A stretch of 63,479 bases of DNA, filler included, from Rhabdomonas costata (taxonomy: Eukaryota), in the NCBI GenBank assembly GCA_019059605.1. It is 27 parts of 27 records of this genome, joined end to end, with 100 filler letters (N's around TTAATTAATTAA, not from the genome) between each part and the next. Parts side by side here need not be neighbours in the genome. Positions count along the whole stretch, not along the records: positions 58,876 to 61,127 come from JAHMHO010004517.1; positions 61,228 to 63,479 come from JAHMHO010004518.1; 25 more parts are not named here. One strand, given 5' to 3'. The position numbers and the translations under genes were made by a program. The first letter of the stretch is position 1; each line of letters begins with the position of its first letter. Shown one piece after another: positions 59,480 through 63,479 of this stretch. A model generated the notes under the pieces. The model searched no databases. It worked only from the letters and a program-made list of their open reading frames with translations, and was not told the DNA's origin.

Positions 59480-60766
59480 CTGCCCGACGCCGTGGTCTTC
59501 GATGCCCTGGAGGCGATCCGCAGCCAGTGCACGGATGGCATCGAGGAGGAAGACGTGGCCTACGAGGAGTTTGTGGAGGTGTTCAAGATGCTGACTGCGG
59601 GCCAGGAGGCTCAGCCGTGCGTCAGTCATAAGGATCCCGAAGAGGCACGTCCCTGTTTTTGTAGTGTTATTTGAGAGGGTGCAACGATTGATCCCTTGGT
59701 CTCCTCCGCGCTGCCGGCTTTATCGACTGCTACCTTCACTACACATTGTGCATCCTCCGGTCTCGTTTTTTTTTTGCACGCGGTTTTGTCAAGGGAATTG
59801 TTTGCGCCGCTGTGGTGCCTTGGGTTGCTGTTTTCCCGCAACCAGTGGGAGTAGGAGCTGCTCAGCACTCCGCTACTCTCTTGACTTCGAAAACTTCGGA
59901 ACGGAACTGATCACTTACAGTGAGAGGTCGACCTGGTATGCTCAGCAATGGAGCGATTGGGGCGGCATAGGAACTCATTGTGTCGGACTGGCGTTTCACC
60001 CCTATGCTAGGGGTGAAACGCCTAGCATACTACTGACTAGCTGAGGGTGCCAAGAACTTTACATGGGGAGGGGAACTGGCACGCTGAACTCCTTTCTGTG
60101 GGCCCGTTGGAAATTTCCTCCAGCTTTGGGGGCGGAATCGATTTGCGGTGGGCTCGTGTGTCCTTGCCCCGCAGGTCGCGAGCAGCCCCAGGTGCTGGGG
60201 CTGGGTGGGCTCTGCCTTCCGGGCAATTCGAGGGGCCGCGGGCCGTCTGCGGCGGGGTCAGCGAGGTCCGGGCGCTGCTGAGGTATGGTGAACACTTGCG
60301 CAACAACTTGATTCCCTTGATTCCAGCATACTCTAAACCCACTCTGTTTTTTTAGCATTTCCTTTCACCTTTTCTCTCCGTACCCACTGCCCCTGCGCGA
60401 AGGTCTTCTCCAAAACCATTCAAGCTTTCCTCTGACGAGTCGATGTAGGAGGATGTGGTCCTTCCTTCGCAACAGTAATCTAGTCTTTACGCGTTCCTAT
60501 TCCCTTGAAACCCTGCCCCATCCCATCCATCGTATTCCCGTTCCGCTATCCTTAAGGTCTACTCCACGAAGATGAAGCCCACTACTCGGCTGATTCTCAT
60601 TGTGGTGGCGATGTCTCTGCTGATGTCCCTGGCCGTGGCGGGGACGGGGATCGGGCTCTCCTTCGGGAGCTCCGTGGCCCTGAGGACATCTGACATGCAG
60701 CGGGAGGTTGCGATGGTGCTGCGCGCCGTGGAGGCGTTCACGGTGACCCAGGCCCGCGCCGACGCG
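59480..60766 (+). CDS. Exons of an EF-hand-like + transmembrane protein
   Basis: DGIEEEDVAYEEFVEVFKML (EF-hand-like exit helix); an in-phase exon at about 60175-60282; exon 60557-60766 with TM LILIVVAMSLLMSLAVAGTGIGLSF and a GTGTGC donor. Confidence 0.5.
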
Positions 60767-63479
60767 GTGTGCGTTGCTTTTGCCTCTCCGTGTGACACTG
60801 TTGCTGCCTGTTGGAAGTGATGGATGTCCACACTGCGTCACCGTGGTTGGAGTAGAGTGCTTAACAGTTCTCGAAACTCTCCCTCCCCTCCCACTCCCCG
60901 CCAACAATGCGCACCTTACACCGCATTTTGAGTTTGTCTTTCGTTTTCCTTCCTCTCCACACGTTAAGACGCAAAGCAAGACCAGGCTTGTCAAAAGCGT
61001 TATCATGAACGTGTGCATCGCCGAGATCGAATGTCTTGTCCTATGGGACACGTGCATCGCTTCCTAACCCCCTCGCCCAAGATCAAAAAACACTGTCCAT
61101 ATATTGTTCTACTGCCTTTTTTGCGCCNNNNNNNNNNNNNNNNNNNNNNNNNNNNNNNNNNNNNNNNNNNNTTAATTAATTAANNNNNNNNNNNNNNNNN
61201 NNNNNNNNNNNNNNNNNNNNNNNNNNNTTTGTTTTTGCTTGCCCACTGGTTTGCAGCCAGCGCCTAGATTGCCATCTGTCAAGATTTGTCCTTTGTTCCT
61301 GCCGTTGAACTTTTCGCAGCAGACCCTCGACTTCCGTCCTTCGATTTCCCGATAAAACCGACATATGTCCTACTGGTCCGGGCTGGAGATCGCGCCGCGA
61401 CGCAGTGACCTTTCCCAAAAGCCCCCGCACCAAACCCAACAAACCCGTCGCACCGGGATCCGCCGGATGACTTCAAAGCCCCCAAGCCAAGCGGCACTTT
61501 CATCAGGGAATTGCCCGCCGGAAGACCCGCCGGCCGAGACAGGAAGGGGGAGCACAGTGGGTCGGGTACCGGGTCGGTTGGATGTTAAGGCGGAGGGTGG
61601 TTTTGAGAGGCCAAATGGGCGCCTTTCCCCGGAGGTGCGGTTGAGCCCCGCGGTGTCCATCAGGGATCGTGTTGATGAGTAGAACTGGGGAGAGCGTTAC
61701 AAGTATTGCATGGGCAAAAGGCCGGTGGAGACGAGAAACGGGCGTAAGTTGGACGGAGTCGTCTTTCCGACACTAATGTCATGCGGCTGGCAACTGAATG
61801 CTGGCGAGGCGGGGTAACACCAAATGGTGGAACTACATATTTTGACCGCCAATGACCGTGGCTGAACGAATCCATACGACTGCCACCCGAAAAGCGCAGA
61901 GGCCAGGAGTGAAAGAACCTGGTTATAATCCCGGCCCACTGATGTAGCAGTTGGGGGCGCGAAAACATGGCATCGGGGAACCGAAAGCACAATTTCAGAA
62001 AAGCATTCGCTTGAAAGCTGAGAAAAATTCCGGAAAACCCAATTACAAACAGACCGTTGGGCGCACAAAAAACACACCGCGCGTCGCAGTGCTGGACAAA
62101 CAGGACTCGGAATGCCTCAGGTGTGGAACCTTTTTGAACCTGAGGTATGAACAGAACGGAAGAACACACATCTCAAGTGAGAAGGAGGCTAAAACGACGG
62201 AGAGGAGCTCATATGCACACACAAGGACATCCCTCCGATGCGAGCGTAAGGGTGCATGTGCGTGAGTGGGGGTGCCTTTCCACCAAAGCGAACCCTTCCT
62301 CGATGCCAAAGCAAGCCGAGGTGTAGACAGGGATACTGGTGGGATTGATGGCGGGATGCCCTACTGCAGAGCAACGCGCTGGCACACACGCTCACACACA
62401 GCGCGAGACACAGCGAACCCAACACACACACACACACACAAAGAGAGACAGAAGCATTTGCCGGCACTGTGGCACTTACCCCATTGCACGCCACAGAAAA
62501 AAAAGTGGCGGGATCCGAAAGGAGGGAGGGAAGAGAGGGGAGGAAATGTGCAGGGGAGGGGTTTTGAAAAGACTATATGGAAAACCCACTGCAAAGTGGA
62601 ACACGGGAAGAGAGGTTCTGGGGAAGGTTGTAGCCAGCAAACACAAAAACAGAGTGTGAGGCTGAAGGAAAGGCTGGGGTGACCATGTCACGTCCCAAGC
62701 CCAAACGAGAGAAGGTGGACAACGGTCCAAGCCCAAAACGGCGCCGAGTTCAGGCTGACCCCCCAGGCAGGCCAAAAGCCCCAAGCACTGGGGGGAACGC
62801 TCAGGGAAGGGGCCAGAAGGGGAAAAGCGAGTGTATGGGTGGCAGAGACTGGAACCCGCGAACGACACACAGCGAGGAAGCGATGTAACAGTGCACACCG
62901 GGAGGGTGAGGGTGACGGAGTCACAGATGCAGGGAAAGCCATGAATGCAGGAAGGCCACGCTGTGGTCCGGTGAGACACCCGACAGGCATAACAAAGAAA
63001 ACACAACACACCTAGAGAGAGAAACAAACAAAAATAAGTATTAACAGCTGCACCGGGCAGGTTGTGGTAGACGTGATAGTGCTTCCACATCCTCTTCTGT
63101 GAGAAAAGTGCCATGAGATTGCCCGTGTGCGATGCCGTAGAGACCCCCTCTCCCTTAGTACAAAAAAGCAAACGTCAAGTCTGAGTCCACACAGAGTTTT
63201 CGATTCGATTTCTGAACGCCTGAGTGATTGGCAGCATTTAAACAGCTGGCAGGATGATTCCGGGCGACATTCCAAAAGTCAGGCTCCGAGCACAGCCAAG
63301 TGCTGAGTTACAGTTCTACTAAGCTTGCGGTGAAAACGGACTCTACTTTGTATCGGTGTTGCTTCCGCAAGAAAGACGGAGCACAGGGCATACCTCGCTT
63401 TCTCTTAGGGCTTAGCAGAACTGTAACTCAGCACTTGGCTGTGCTCGGAGCCTGACTTTTGGAATGTCGCCCAAAACCA

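Noticed and set aside
2255-61227. Regularly spaced TTAATTAATTAA repeats (CRISPR-like or array-like periodicity)
   Set aside because: Each is embedded in N runs of fixed length; it is an artificial six-frame-stop linker. Gene neighbourhoods across spacers are meaningless.
63262-63472. ~62-bp inverted repeat at the window end
   Set aside because: Terminal; the only mismatch is next to the loop (the priming seed), consistent with an amplification artefact. 9424-9480 is similar.

Overview
This window is not one locus. It is 27 unlinked contigs of about 2.25 kb, joined by an artificial 100-nt spacer (44 N + TTAATTAATTAA + 44 N). Most contigs start G/T-rich and end C/A-rich, and several end in fold-back inversions, which is the signature of GenomePlex-type whole-genome amplification. 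The source is an intron-rich flagellated protist, probably a euglenid or other euglenozoan (inference): GC3-rich short exons, GT-AG plus frequent GCA-starting GC-AG introns, a pyrimidine at donor +4, and polypyrimidine-AG sites just upstream of start codons. Spliced gene fragments can be rebuilt for a PIH1D3/DNAAF6-like protein, a DUF4804/MavL-like protein, a SPRY-like domain, cullin, PIBF1/CEP90, a LmbE/PIG-L-family deacetylase, XRN exoribonuclease, ABC1 kinase, thiolase, a MAPKK-like kinase, 5-oxoprolinase and GPR89. Two long single-exon R-S-ExE ADP-ribosyltransferase domains are also present. Mobile or viral material includes a decayed Merlin transposase and probable LTR-integrase and LINE-endonuclease relics. 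The best leads are (1) an AT-rich, decayed Polinton-like-virus major capsid gene upstream of the ABC1 terminal exon, readable only after removing a 67-bp insertion flanked by a 9-bp direct repeat, and (2) an apparent arginine ADP-ribosylation writer/eraser set (two ARTs plus a MavL-type hydrolase) in a sample of only 27 contigs. All family calls come from motif recognition by eye, not from database searches.
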